64,000 bases of DNA from Octopus sinensis (Eukaryota). The notes below the pieces were generated by a model. The model had not been told where the DNA came from, made no database searches, and worked only from the letters and a program-made list of their open reading frames with translations. Each line of letters begins with the position of its first letter. Within the stretch, counting starts at the first letter, position 1. This document shows positions 1-12,960 of this stretch, one piece after another. The position numbers and the translations under genes were made by a program. The stretch covers positions 59,086,001 through 59,150,000 of the forward strand of contig NC_043012.1 in assembly GCF_006345805.1 (NCBI RefSeq), written 5' to 3'.

Positions 1-189
1 TAGGGATTCCATTTGAGTAATTCGAAAGAGAAGGGAAGTAATTGGATGAATATATTACAAAAGATAGCGCAAACTTGCCCGAGAAATCATCCAAGCGATG
101 AGTCACAATTACTTTTCATAATGGAAAGATATTTCTGTATTCATCGAATGATAAGTCAGAAGACATTCATACAGATACCTTTACCATTT

Positions 190-746
<557 letters not shown>

Positions 747-1191
747 ACGTCTATCCTTATTTTCTCTGAAGAAAATAAGGGTATCTGGGTGTTGTATACC
801 ATTGAGGTTGTGGAGGGATGCTCAGTCAGACGGGTGTGCAGAACAGGAAGCAAACTTAATGGTAATTTACGCAGCAAGTTTTCCTCCTTCAAGATTATAA
901 TTGGAATTAGCCAGAGAGTGGATAATATTACCACATCACTTCTTTGCGATGCTGAAGTGACAATTCTGCCTAGAACAATGGAGTAAACCACCAACATAAC
1001 AATAAAGTGGAGAAAGAAGAACGGAATGTGTTCAAATTAAAAACAGACATGACAATGGGAAGTTTGTCAGGAGAAAGCGCCGACCGGTTCAGGATAGAGG
1101 AGTGTTTGTTGCAAATAGTTGAATAATGTCTTAATCAATTTAGAATATTTATTTATTTACACCTTTGAATTTTGATCGTTTTGGTTTTCAG

Positions 1192-1398
1192 GCGTCATCA
1201 GGTGAATTACTTTTTAAATGTATATAGCACACCATTGAATTCGAACAAAGGAACTGTGTTTTTAAACAAAGATGCCTTATGCCGATTGCATCCCCGTAGT
1301 ATATACTTCTGGAATAAAATACGCGGTGACGAAAGAAGATCAAAATTACTTTTGGTAGGTATATATATTTTACCAAAAGTTCCATCTCTGAAGATAAG
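1192..1398 (+). CDS. Candidate internal coding exon of an unidentified gene (phase 2-2, 207 nt)
   Basis: Polypyrimidine acceptor 'ttttggttttcag|', donor 'aag|gtaagc', length divisible by 3, one open frame (RHQVNYFLNVYSTPLNSNKGTVFLNKDALCRLHPRSIYFWNKIRGDERRSKLLLVGIYILPKVPSLKI); no family recognised. Confidence 0.3.
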
Positions 1399-1484
1399 GT
1401 AAGCAAATAAAATAATAATAAATTTAGTATCAAAAAGTAATCTCAGACACTGAGTTATTTAATATTTATGAGTTTTCGTATCTG

Positions 1485-1515
<31 letters not shown>

Positions 1516-1779
1516 TTGCAATTAATTACGTGAAATCATTGTTTTAAAACACTAATGATGTCATGTTTGAATAAATGTAAAACATAATAAACATTTGAAA
1601 GATCAACTTGAAATAGATTTTTGCAAGTTTTTATAAATACAAGACACAAGTCACGTAACTACCATAATAAAAGGCAAACACTTTACCCTTCACACTATAG
1701 AACTCATGTTTAACACGTTTTCTAAATTCGTATTATAAATATTATTTCCTGCGTTTTACTGCCATTAATCTTCTTCATA

Positions 1780-1850
1780 GTGGAGGCACATGGCCGAGTG
1801 GTTAGAACAGCGGACTCGCAGTCGAGGGATCGCGGGTTCGAATCTCAGAT
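1780..1850 (+). mobile_element. SINE family C, 5' tRNA-like head only
   Basis: gtggaggcacatggccgagtggttagaacagcggactcgcagtcgagggatcgcgggttcgaatctcag with A and B boxes; matches 24541. Confidence 0.8.
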
Positions 1851-2029
1851 CGCGCGTTTCACTTTGATACGGTCGAAGCTTCTTAAATTTAACAGCTTGG
1901 TATTTGTTCTTGTAATTATTATATTTTTGATTCATATCCTGAGGTTTCTCTGTTCCTCAGTCGTATCCTCTCGTAATTCAGTGTTTTCTACATTATATTG
2001 ATTTGCCGGCCTACAACTTCATCTTGGTT

Positions 2030-2790
2030 ACCTATTCGCTGATCTTCACCAACCTTATTCTCCTCGTGTTTATTACCTACTACAGAGGCTTTCCCTGATT
2101 GTCTGTATCTGCGCCTCATTAAGAAAGTCTCTATTCCGAATTATTCTTATTTGATTCATGAGTCCATTTACAGTAATCTGGAACTTACCCAGCTTGTTCC
2201 AAAGTTCTAATGATCTTTTCCCGACAGCTTTACATCTGCCATTGTTCTTGTCTAGCAAGGCTTGTTCGTGGCACTGGGTCGCCTTTTGGTTCATATTAAC
2301 AGACCACTTGTGCTTGCGAGTACGTTACATATTTTGACCAGTACATGGAGTACGTCTTGTAGTATGGGTAGCAGTTGTTGGATTACGATCTAGCCCACCC
2401 TGCTGCACAGTGAAGCACCTGCTGGGTGCGGCACTTTCACCGATGGTCCCAGTCCCGTTCCCACCGTTTTGGTGATTTATTTTGCTTGGTATTTTCACTC
2501 ACAAATGAGCTGTGTACTTAGGTTACTACCAACCGATGTTTTTTTTTATCGAGACACCATCTCTATCAAAGTAGTCCACCACGGTGGTAGGGTCCTGGCC
2601 CCCTTGGTTTTGGACTCAGAGTGTTCTTTCTCTTAGCCTGCTTGTCACCCAACGCTAACGAGTACAGCTTACCCGGAGCACTGGTATTTTGAAGGCGCCA
2701 GATACTCGCCTTTTCTCATATTTCTCCTGTTGGTTTGGGGAAAGCGCCAACCAAGACTGCAGAGCTCCTACTACCCATAAATTGCGCCTA
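2030..2790 (-). mobile_element. R4/Dong-type non-LTR retrotransposon, 5' UTR plus ORF N-terminus, decayed
   Basis: Minus-strand peptide RKHKWSVNMNQKATQCHEQALL...GKRSLELWNKLGKFQITVNGLMNQIRIIRNRDFLNEAQIQTIRE resembles the R4/Dong N-terminal pattern (RRKW..N..CY..G..R...W.....RL..Q.R.I); family call from recall. Confidence 0.6.
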
Positions 2791-2852
2791 TTCCCTTCGC
2801 ATGTATCATTGTACAAACCATATAGAATATACTGTAATGTAGAAATTTATAT

Positions 2853-3100
2853 ATGTGTATGTATGTATGTATGTATGTATGTATGTATGTATGTATGTAT
2901 GTATGTATGTATGTATGTATGTATGTATGCGTGTATGTATGTATGTATGTATGTATAGCTGGCTGGCTGGCTGGATGGATGGATGGATGGATGGATGCAT
3001 GCATGTATGGATGGATGGATGGATGGATGGTTGGATGGATGTATGGAAGGATGGATAGATGGATGGATGCAGAGATGCATGGATGTATGGATGATGATAG
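2853..3100. repeat. Compound (TATG)n/(GCTG)n/(GATG)n microsatellite
   Basis: Direct reading. Confidence 0.95.
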
Positions 3101-3784
3101 ATTCATGACAATCTATTTGCGACATCTGGTGTTGGTCAGAGGGTGTGTGTTTATGAATAGAAGCTTGTGTGACGTTCGACGTCGCGTAGGGTGTAGAGGA
3201 TAATAATCACCTAATGAATATCGATAAAAGCTTGTGAAACCGGTTGTAGGAGATGATGTAAGTATTGTCTGCTTTAAAAATACATTCACGTAGTAGAAGG
3301 TCGCTGAAAACTGCTATATTTGCTACGTAAAGACTATGATGGCCTCCACAAAAGTGTAATGCTCTATGGAAAATTTAAAATATCTAATGAACATCTTCCA
3401 AGCTTTTGTAATACAGCAATGTTGCTCTTCGGAATATATTATTTTTATCTTCATTTTTTCTGTAGTGTCTCTCTTCTGAATACGTATATCAAATGAAAAA
3501 ATATACGGATTAAGTCAGGCTTGAGACTACAAAAAATGATGAAATAATACTATGCATAATTACCACGACCGATTAATCATAAGATCACCATAGAAGAAAA
3601 TATTGCAGTTTTATTTGTGAATATATGTAAACACTTTTTATCTTCATATTCTTCCATTCGAATTTTAAACTTTTTAAACTTACCTCTCGTTCTGAGGTAA
3701 TAGTTATCTTCCTTTCTGCGATCCTTTGTACAATATATTCTACAGAATGTTTCATAGTAATTACTCCATTATAATATACATATG

Positions 3785-3839
<55 letters not shown>

Positions 3840-3860
3840 ATATATATAATATATATTATT

Positions 3861-4140
3861 TAAACACACCAACCCCAGTCGCCAAGCACTGGGACATGCA
3901 GAAACACAAGCAGGGGCACAAACAGAGACACAAACACACACACACACACACACATTCACACACACACACACACTCACACACACTCATACGACAGGCTGCT
4001 TTCAGTTTCCGTAAACAAAATCCTCTCACAAGGCCTTGATCAACCAGAGGTTATAGTGGAAGACATTCACCAACGGGATCGAACCCGGAAACATGTCGTT
4101 AGAACGCAAGGTTCTTACTATAGAGCCCCGCCTGCGCCTA
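3861..4140 (-). mobile_element. SINE family A, degenerate 5' half
   Basis: 'tttcagtttccgtaaacaaaatcctctcacaaggcc...cctgcgcct' matches the family A head in reverse. Confidence 0.7.
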
Positions 4141-4777
4141 TTCATAAACATATAGATATTCGTCAGTATGTAATTTACTAGACCTGCGCTCCTTCCCGAC
4201 TTTTTTTTCTATCGCCTGTTGACACTTATAATGTTTAATATCAATTTAAAATCAATTTTTGCAGGAATTCTCACCACGTTCGGCAAATGTTAATATTCAA
4301 TTCGGTTGAGCAGAAAGAATCAAATATCACTTGTACATTCAAAATAAGAAATCACAATATGATGTCTACAATAAGTGAAGAAGCTTGTCTTCATAATAAT
4401 ACCACATTCTTCTCCGCTGTTAGAATGGTTGAATAATAAAAATAAACAACTTCAAGAAAGAACACTGAAGATTTTTATAACAGGTTAGCCATGCTTATTA
4501 TCACGTGACTTAGAGAGAGAGGATGATTCTCGTTTATACACGTATATGTGAATGTTTGTATGCTTGAGTGTGTGCTTGTGTCATAAACTGCTTGCATGTA
4601 TGTATGATATATATTTTTTAATATTTTTGTGCTCATTATGTATTGTCTTCTGGCAACATATTCAAAATACTTGCACATGCACACGCACACACACACACAC
4701 GGGCACAGGCACACACACACACATAGAGACACATGTATATTCATATATATATGTGTGTATATATATATATATATATA

Positions 4778-4820
<43 letters not shown>

Positions 4821-5148
4821 GCGTATATATATATGTGTGTGTGTGTGTTTGTGAATACATATATAAATGTATATATATAGATGTACATATGAATACATAT
4901 CTATATATATATACACATATATTTACATATATACATATATATATACATGTATGTATGTATGTATGTATGTATGTCTGTATGAATGTATGTATGTATGTAT
5001 ACGTATAAATACATTCATCACAGTAGATGCTTGTGTGCGTGTGTATTTAAATATATATATATATACATATATATACATATATATATATACATATATGGAT
5101 ATATATATACATACACACACATACACACTCACACACACACACACACAC

Positions 5149-5189
<41 letters not shown>

Positions 5190-5238
5190 CTTAATATGAT
5201 GTGTATCATTGTAATGGTTTTGTTGTCGCAAATCCCAG

Positions 5239-5324
5239 AAATCAAATTACGTTCCAGTATATAACAACCCGACAAAAGCTATTCAATTACGTTTTACCAA
5301 GCAGGAATACAAGTCAAGATTACG
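5239..5324 (+). CDS. Weak candidate exon
   Basis: 'atcccag|' acceptor and 'acg|gtaaga' donor; two frames open, one joins in frame to the 1192-1398 candidate. Confidence 0.15.
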
Positions 5325-5478
5325 GTAAGATCTGCTACATGTTATGCAATCTTCAGTTTCTTCATTTTTATATGTTATATTTTCTCTAAAATATGACGAA
5401 CGGATAGAAAACTGACAATTTTGTCTGTATTACTACTGACCATGACCCTTGAATGGGAATATAGTTATGTTACACGTA

Positions 5479-5947
5479 CCGGAAATCCTCAAGTATAGTC
5501 CGCCCTTAAGTACAATACGCAGGGGGTTTTCAGGGGGCTGTACCTCCGAAAAACCTAAACCTTTTGTATAATACGTGTCCCTTCTCTAACTTGAGTTAAG
5601 GAGGTCTATATAACGTCCTTGGTTTTTTAAAATGTATACGGTAACGTCCTTTTTTATTATTGTATATATAACATTATGCAAACGTGTGGTTTTTTTGTGT
5701 AGTTTGTTTACAGAAAATAAAGAAATAACAATAATAAAGTTTAATAAATATTGCTTATTGCATGTTATGGATGGTTATTTTATGACTTCATTGCTTTCAG
5801 GCTTAGCTTAAGGTATTTTCGCGCCCGACATCACAAAATGCGTCTGAAATTTATTTTCATTTTTAACCTCATATATAGTACGCACTAGGGATTTTGACCT
5901 TTAAATTTTGGTAAAAAAAAATGCGGATTAAACTCGAGGATTTACAG
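5479..5947. mobile_element. Tc1/mariner-superfamily (pogo/Tigger-like) MITE
   Basis: Imperfect TIRs: left ta|ccggaaatcctcaagtatagtccgc, right gcggattaaactcgaggatttacag|ta; TA flanks; no ORF. Confidence 0.7.
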
Positions 5948-6098
5948 TAATTCTTTTTAATGCGACTTTAAAATAACCCCCACCTCTATCAACTATGACG
6001 AACATATTAATAGTATCTGATAGAAATACAGACTTGACATTGTTGAATGTGCTTGAAGCAATTATTTTGAAATTATTGTAAATAATTCATTATTGCAA

Positions 6099-6750
6099 AG
6101 GTTCAAGCGTGGTTGTGTGATTAGACGTTTGCTTCCTTACCACGTGGTTAAGAGCTTCAGTCCTATACTGTGACACATTGGATTTTCTATTGTAGCCTCC
6201 GGCCGACCAGAGGCTTGTGGATGGATTTTGTAGAGGAAACGGAAAGAAACCAGTCGTATGCGTGTGTGGATGTGTGTCTGTGTGTGTGCATGTAGACAAG
6301 TTTGTGTGCGCCTTTGTGTGTGTCTGTACTCCCACATCTATTTCTTTACTGCCCACAAGGGGCTAAACATAGAGAGGACAAACAAAGACAGACAAACGGA
6401 TAAAGTCGATTATATCGACCCCAATGCGTAACTGGTACTTATTTAATCGACCCCGAAAGGATGAAAGGCAAAGTCGACCTGGGTGGAATTTGAACTCAAA
6501 CCGTACCAACAGACGAAATACTACTGAGCATTTCACCCGGCGTGCTAATGATTCTGCCAGCTCGCCGCCTTTGTACTTCCACATCGCTCGACAACCGATG
6601 TTGGTGAGTTTATGTCTCTTACCCTAGTGGTTCGCCAAAAGGTCGATAGAATAAGAACCGGGTTTCAAAATAAGTCCTGGAGTTGGTTAGTTTGACTAAG
6701 ATTACTCAAGATGATGGCTGCAGTCTAATAAATGAAGCAAGTAAAAGAGA
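6099..6750 (+). mobile_element. SINE family A, degenerate, interrupted by a family B copy
   Basis: Head 6099-6338 and tail 6572-6750 align with family A on either side of the insertion. Confidence 0.7.
6339..6569 (-). mobile_element. tRNA-derived SINE family B, full length, with TSD
   Basis: Reverse complement begins ggcggcgagctggcagaatcattagcacgccggg; TSD tgtactcccacatc (6325-6338) / tgtacttccacatc (6572-6585). Confidence 0.9.
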
Positions 6751-6860
6751 TGGGCAGAAAATTCCACCTAAATGGTATGTTTTCTCAACGTTAGGAAATC
6801 TGAAAATCTTTTCCTTTAAAACAAGGATTGAAACCGGAAACATAGCAAGAGAGAGAGAGC

Positions 6861-6922
<62 letters not shown>

Positions 6923-7472
6923 ATATGTTATACAGAAAATTGTACTTTGAGAACTTTTTAAAATCAGGAATAAAGAAAAGAACTAAAAGCAATAATTGTA
7001 TTCAATGTTTTTTTCTTTTTTTTTTTTTCGTTTTCTTCAATTCAGAAAGACAGACCAAGGTAGAATGGCGAACAACTAAAATTTTGAAATAAGAAAATCG
7101 AGAAAAAAGAAAGAAACGGTGTGAAAGAGAACGATAAACCTAGAGCAATGAATGTATTTACAGAAATTTCTCTTTTTACCAATTAAAAAGAATGAGAGAA
7201 GTATAATGATTATTGGCTAAAATATTCAAATAAGAACATTAGCAAAAGTGAAAGAAACAGCAAGAAACAGATAAAGCAGAGTAACAAATGAATATATAGA
7301 AATTTGGTTTCTAAAACCAGAATGGTTGAAAAAGAGAGAATAAAACAGTTATGATATAAAATGGATTCCTTCACTTTTCATTTTTTCACCCTTAAGACTT
7401 TCAGCGGCAGCTCGTCTTCAATTTTTACTTGAATTCAAATGTCTCTTTATCCTTCATTTTTTTTTTTTGTCT

Positions 7473-7672
7473 TTTATTTGTGTCGGTTATTTGATGACGG
7501 CCATGATGGAGTGCTGCCTTGAAGAATTGTTCGTTGACTGAATTGATCCCATGACGAAGTTAAGTCTGGTATATATTCTGCCGGTCTTTAAGTCCTAACA
7601 GCTAGCATATGTGACGTACGAGCAACAAGCGCAGTCGTGGGAGACAAACACAAACACGCTCACACACACACA

Positions 7673-7731
<59 letters not shown>

Positions 7732-7949
7732 CGTGTGTGTGTGTGTATGTATGTATGTATGCATTCAAGTATGTATGTTTAAACACGACAAGCTTCATTC
7801 AAATTCCGTCTACCACATCTATTCAAAGGGCTTTTGTAGGTCTGAAAGCTATAGTAGAAGACACTTGCCCATGATGCCATGCGGTGGAACTGAACCTGGG
7901 AAACGTGGTTACGAAGTAAGCTTCTTACCACACACCCACGCCTGCACCT
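7473..7949 (-). mobile_element. SINE family A, degenerate
   Basis: 'gctatagtagaagacacttgccc...cttaccacacacccacgcctgcacct' and a matching tail. Confidence 0.75.
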
Positions 7950-8004
7950 CTACGAAATATTTCGAATTTTTTATAAATTTCTTTTCTTTTTGGTTCGTTT
8001 ACAG

Positions 8005-8703
8005 CAGTGGTTTCCAAAGTGGGTGGTATTTACCACCTGGGGGTGTTGGAGAGTTCCAAGGGGCCGTTAAAGAGAAGTGGGACGATAATGGGGTAGCGAT
8101 TCGTGTAAAAACAACAAAATAATGGGTTCATTAGCTTAACTGTTATTTGTTAAATTGAGTTACTCTCTCTCTCTCTTTTTACTCTTTTACTTGTTTCAGT
8201 CATTTGATTGTGGCCATACTGGAGCACCGCCTTTAATCGAGCAAATCGGCCCCAGGACTTTTTCTTTGTAAACCAAGTACTTAATCTATCGGTCTCTTTT
8301 CCTGAACCGCTAATTTACGGGGACGTAAACACACCAGCATCGGTTGTCAAGTGATGTTGGGGAGGGGAGACAAACACAGACACACAAACCTACACACACA
8401 CACATACACACATATATTTAGATACATATATACGACGGGCGTCTTTCAGTTTCCGTCTACCAAATCCACTCACAAGGCTTTGGTCGGCTCGAGACTATGG
8501 TAGAAGACACTTGCCCAAGGTGCCACGCAGTGGGACTGAGCCCAGAATCATATGGTTGGTAAGCAAGCTACTTACCACAGGCTTGGAATTTGCTTCAGAA
8601 ACAGGTTTGCAATCATAGATGGTTAGTTGGGATGGAGGTGCTAAGAATGTGATCTAGGTGTCAAGGAGGCGGCAGCCCGAATATGTTAGGGAACCACTGG
8701 CTG
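8005..8703. mobile_element. Non-autonomous hAT (Buster/Charlie-type) element, interrupted by a SINE
   Basis: Left TIR cagtggtttccaaag, right TIR ttagggaaccactg; 8-bp TSD gtttacag at 7997-8004 and 8704-8711 (nnnTAnnn, typical of Buster targets); 4 extra nt (gctg) at the right end. Confidence 0.75.
8173..8580 (-). mobile_element. SINE family A, well preserved, nested in the hAT element
   Basis: Near-continuous match to the reverse complement of 52161-52571. Confidence 0.9.
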
Positions 8704-9319
8704 GTTTACAGCCATATATTACGTATGTAGAACATAAGGGACCATTCTTTTACCTTTCTGTTTCTTGTTTTCAGAATTGCTTTCAAATTCCACCACACTA
8801 CAACAGTCGTCACAATTTTTTGAGCACACTGTTAGTGTTACATGCTGGCTGAAAATATTTTATAATCATCTTTTTGATTGCTCAGTCGATTATATTACGC
8901 AAAGGAGAATTATTTATTATATTTACTGATGTGGTTATTTTTATGATAAAATAGAATAAAATCAGAATAAAATTCTAATTACCTATAAGTATTTTGATCA
9001 TTGTTGATCCCATCAGTGTAATATTGAATTTCAATTTTACATTTATTTATTTACGGAAATCAGATAAGTTTTATGAATCAGAAATTTCATTTTCTTGTTT
9101 TCGTTCTTTATTTGATTTTTTTTTTGCATTACATGAACCTATGATTTAAAATAAGATAGAGTTGAAATATAGAGAGAGGTGGCATGAGAGATACAGTAAA
9201 CTAAGTATTCAGAGCATTTCATTGTTTTTTTTGTATGTTTGTCTTATCAGATATATATCATCATCATCATCATCATCGTTTAACGTCCGTTCTCCATGCT
9301 AGCATGGGTTGGACGGTTC

Positions 9320-9397
<78 letters not shown>

Positions 9398-9693
9398 AGA
9401 GAGAATCGAGAATGACAGCGAGAGACACAGACAGAGGAGAGAGAGAAAGAGAGACAGATAAAGAAATAAAATTATTCACCTAAACATGAATTCGCTAACG
9501 CACATACGTACACTCATCACACACATATATATATATATATATATACAAAGAGCAATAAAGATTCAAGTTAATTTAAAAAATTTACTTGAATATGGTACCT
9601 AACTTAGATGCACCAAAAAAAACTATACTGATTTAACAATACAGTAATGTGGGGTGATTATAAGCGAGAAAGAAGCAACAAGAATGGATAGGT

Positions 9694-9784
9694 TTTTAGT
9701 ACGATCGTTTCATACAAGGACAGGTTTTATTAAAAGTTGCAAAGATTACAGCATATAAACGAGTCCCGTACTCATCAGCTAAAA
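9694..9784 (-). ncRNA. Type I hammerhead ribozyme motif (left-arm copy)
   Basis: Reverse complement of the motif at 10544-10633, with one extra nt in the helix II loop. Confidence 0.75.
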
Positions 9785-10543
9785 TACATGTAAGTTCTCT
9801 AGACATCCTAGTGTTTGAGGCTATACTCATGAAGTAATGTAGATAATTAAACAGATTTCTAAAGTTCATTAAAGTTCCTTAAAGATGATGTATAGTCTTA
9901 TCACAGAATTTTAAAAAAGTTTTGATAGCATCACAGAGAAGGTGACCTAATCCATATGAATTTCCATAGATATGATGAGGGATTATATACTCACAGAAGA
10001 CAAATTTATCCATTGTTATTAGCATTACAGAGAGGGTGAGTAATCCTTTGTATATATGCACAGATTCCAATGGTGTAGATGTAAATTTCCAGAGAAATGG
10101 AGATGAATTTCATATTCACAGGCGATAAATTTTACAATGGTTGAACACAATGAGGTAGGTACCAATCCTTGTTATATGATTAGGTGTTTGCCATATTAAT
10201 CACACTACTGCTATTCACAAGAGGCTGTAGCTATTTAAAAATTTACATCTACACCATTGGAATCTGTGCATATATACAAAGGATTAATTCACCCTCTCTG
10301 TAATGCTAATAACAATGGATAAATTTGTCTTCTGTGAGTATATAATCCCTCATCATATCTATGGAAATTCATATGGATTAGGTCACCTTCTCTGTGATGC
10401 TATCAAAACTTTTTTAAAATTCTGTGATAAGACTATACATCATCTTTAAGGAACTTTAATGAACTTTAGAAATCTGTTTAATTATCTACATTACTTCATG
10501 AGTATAGCCTCAAACACTAGGATGTCTAGAGAACTTACATGTA

Positions 10544-10633
10544 TTTTAGCTGATGAGTACGGGACTCGTTTATATGCTGTAATCTTTGCAACTTTAATAA
10601 AACCTGTCCTTGTATGAAACGATCGTACTAAAA
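10544..10633 (+). ncRNA. Type I hammerhead ribozyme motif (right-arm copy)
   Basis: UUUUAG [helix I] CUGAUGA GUACGGGAC..GUCCUUGUAU [helix II] GAAAC GAUC GUA CUAAAA [helix I']; complete core, palindromic loop III, predicted cleavage after 10627. Confidence 0.8.
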
Positions 10634-10662
10634 ACCTATCCATTCTTGTTGCTTCTTTCTCG

Positions 10663-10699
<37 letters not shown>

Positions 10700-11561
10700 G
10701 CACATATATGTGTATGTAGATGCATATATAATTATTACATACATATGTAATTATATATGTGTGTGGTGTGTGTATATGTGTGTGTGTTACATAAATCAAC
10801 GCGAAAAAAAACGATGCTAATGAAAGCCAATGCTTTCTTGTTTGATCGAGGAAAAATGCTTATTAACCATTTAATTAGGTAATTAGAACTTAGCAGCCTG
10901 CGGTATTCTACGAAAAGTTATTTTTTTCTTTCTGAAGACGAATTAAAGATGGTTACCTGCTATTAACGAGGATTTTTTCCTCTTCCACTTATGCTAAGTT
11001 GCCTATTTTACGAGACTCGTTTCAATTTTTTTCTGCGGTACTTTATATATTTTTTCTTTATGTATTATTCATTATAATTTTCATTGCCAGCATCTATCTT
11101 AATCTCATTTCTTAACGCTTTACTTGACGATTGATTTCCCTTGATGATGTCACTATATTTAAGCGCTAATTTTAACCTGTTAGACAGGCGACAGGTTTAG
11201 TATTACTGTCACAGTTCATAGAAGTTTATAAGAGAGGTGGATAAGTTCAATTGACTCTAGGTCTCTAGAATCACACGTCCGTTTATGCTCCTTCATATTA
11301 AAGAGAGAAACAAAAAAAATTAGAATGGTATTACCTGAGCACCCTTTAACACGCTCCCTCCCTCTTCCTCTCTTTATCTGTTACTTAATTAAGGTTGGGA
11401 AATCCAGACTTAACTTTATAACGAGAGTACTAAGGACGCTATTATATATTTGTATTTGTATATATATATATATGCATGTATGTATTTATGTAATGGGGAA
11501 ATGATTCAAAGAAACAAGTATTACAGCTTGTGTCTCATATACAAGTATATATGCGTGCATA

Positions 11562-11609
<48 letters not shown>

Positions 11610-11942
11610 ATATATATAATATATATATATATATTAATATATATATATATAATATATATATATATGCACGATGAATATTCCAGTATAAATACATAGATAT
11701 TCATATATTAAGAGACCAAACTTACACCTAGTACAAAAGACATACAAATTAAAGAGCAGATGTTATGGTGTTACAGGCTGTTTCCGGGGTCTCGCAATTA
11801 TTTCATAATATTGACAGATGTATGCCATTATAGTACGCAGGTTGCAATGAAATGAAATGAACATCGGAAGGACCCGGCTTCCCTTCTTAGGGTAGAGAGA
11901 TATAAGTTTGATATTTCAGATGATGATGAAAGGAAATTTCCT

Positions 11943-12400
11943 TGGTGGCACAATCGTCAGCACACCAAACAAAATGGTTAGCGGCATTTATTCTCACTTC
12001 ACGCTCTAAGTTCATATGTTGCCTTTCATTATTTCAAGGTCGATCAAATATATACCAGCTAGATACTGGGGTGTGGAGGCGCGTGGTTAAGGTGTTAGCA
12101 TCATGATCGTAAGATTGTTGTTTTGATTCCTGGACCGGGCGATGCGTTGTGTTCTTGAGCAAAACACTTCATTTCACGTTACTCCAGTCCACTCAGCTGG
12201 CAAAAATGAGTAACGCTGCGATGGACTGGCGTCCCGTCCAGCTGGGGAACACATACGCCATTAGAACCGGGAAACCGGGCCCATGAGCCTAGCTAGGCTT
12301 TAAAAGGGCGCATTTAATATTATTAAGTACTGGGGTAGATGTAATCGACATACTCACTCCCCACAAAATGCCGGCACTGTGCAAAATTTTGAAACCATTA
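11943..12400 (+). mobile_element. Old SINE family B copy split by a family D insertion
   Basis: Head 'tggcacaatcgtcagcacaccaaacaaaatggttagcggcatt' and tail 'gtactggggtagatgtaatcgac...aaaattttgaaacc' flank the insertion. Confidence 0.6.
12073..12327 (+). mobile_element. tRNA-derived SINE family D, full length, with TSD
   Basis: Head gtggaggcgcgtggttaaggtgttag, core tgtgttcttgagcaaaacacttc and tgcgatggactggcgtcccgtccag; TSD tactggggt at 12064-12072 and 12328-12336. Confidence 0.85.
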
Positions 12401-12960
12401 TAATAATTATTATCGGAAACTCCAATCTCAAAACTTTCCACCTTTAAAATTCGCATTTGCTAGGCTTTTCAGAGATAAATTAATTTAATTTTATCGTGTT
12501 ACTCTCTCGCAACGAAAGTCGTTTTTAAAAATAAATATATGACTAACATTTCTGACGATATTGTCATTGTTTCTATTTTTGTTGCTATGGTTATAATTAT
12601 TATTTATTTACTTATTTACTTATTTATTTATTTATGTTGTTGTTGAGAAGACCACCGACCCGCTGCTACGTTCGTTAAATATGCTGTCTCATAGCACGTT
12701 AGATATGTTTGTTCATAAATTGCATTCTACTAAAATTACACTATTATTTCGCTGAAATAAACGAAAATTACAAATTCATTTCAAAATTAATTACGCTGTA
12801 GGCTCATTAAATAAGAGACATATCTTTATAAATGACAATGGTAACTGGAATTGAAACAGCTATCTTCCGTAATTCGAAATTATTTATAGTAAATTATTTA
12901 CATTCCTGAGAGTATATATCTACACATATATATACATGCATATATATATATATATATACA

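Larger units (their letters stand above)
9659..10668. repeat. Near-perfect inverted repeat: ~430-bp arms (9659-10088, 10239-10668) with a 150-bp spacer; probable Penelope-like/retrozyme insertion
   Basis: Arms read as reverse complements from tataagcgagaaag... to ...gtaaattt; I saw only about 2-3 differences; right end abuts (TA)n. Confidence 0.95.

Noticed and set aside
1186-1202. Minus-strand CUGAUGA...GAAAA
   Set aside because: No helix II can form between the core halves
1780-1850. tRNA-like sequences at SINE heads (also 24541, 29287, 12073, 52161)
   Set aside because: A and B boxes are present, but they run into SINE bodies with TSDs and lack a complete cloverleaf; not tRNA genes
9879-10799. 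ORFs inside the fold-back arms as Penelope RT or GIY-YIG
   Set aside because: No RT or GIY-YIG motif recognisable in any frame of the arms or spacer
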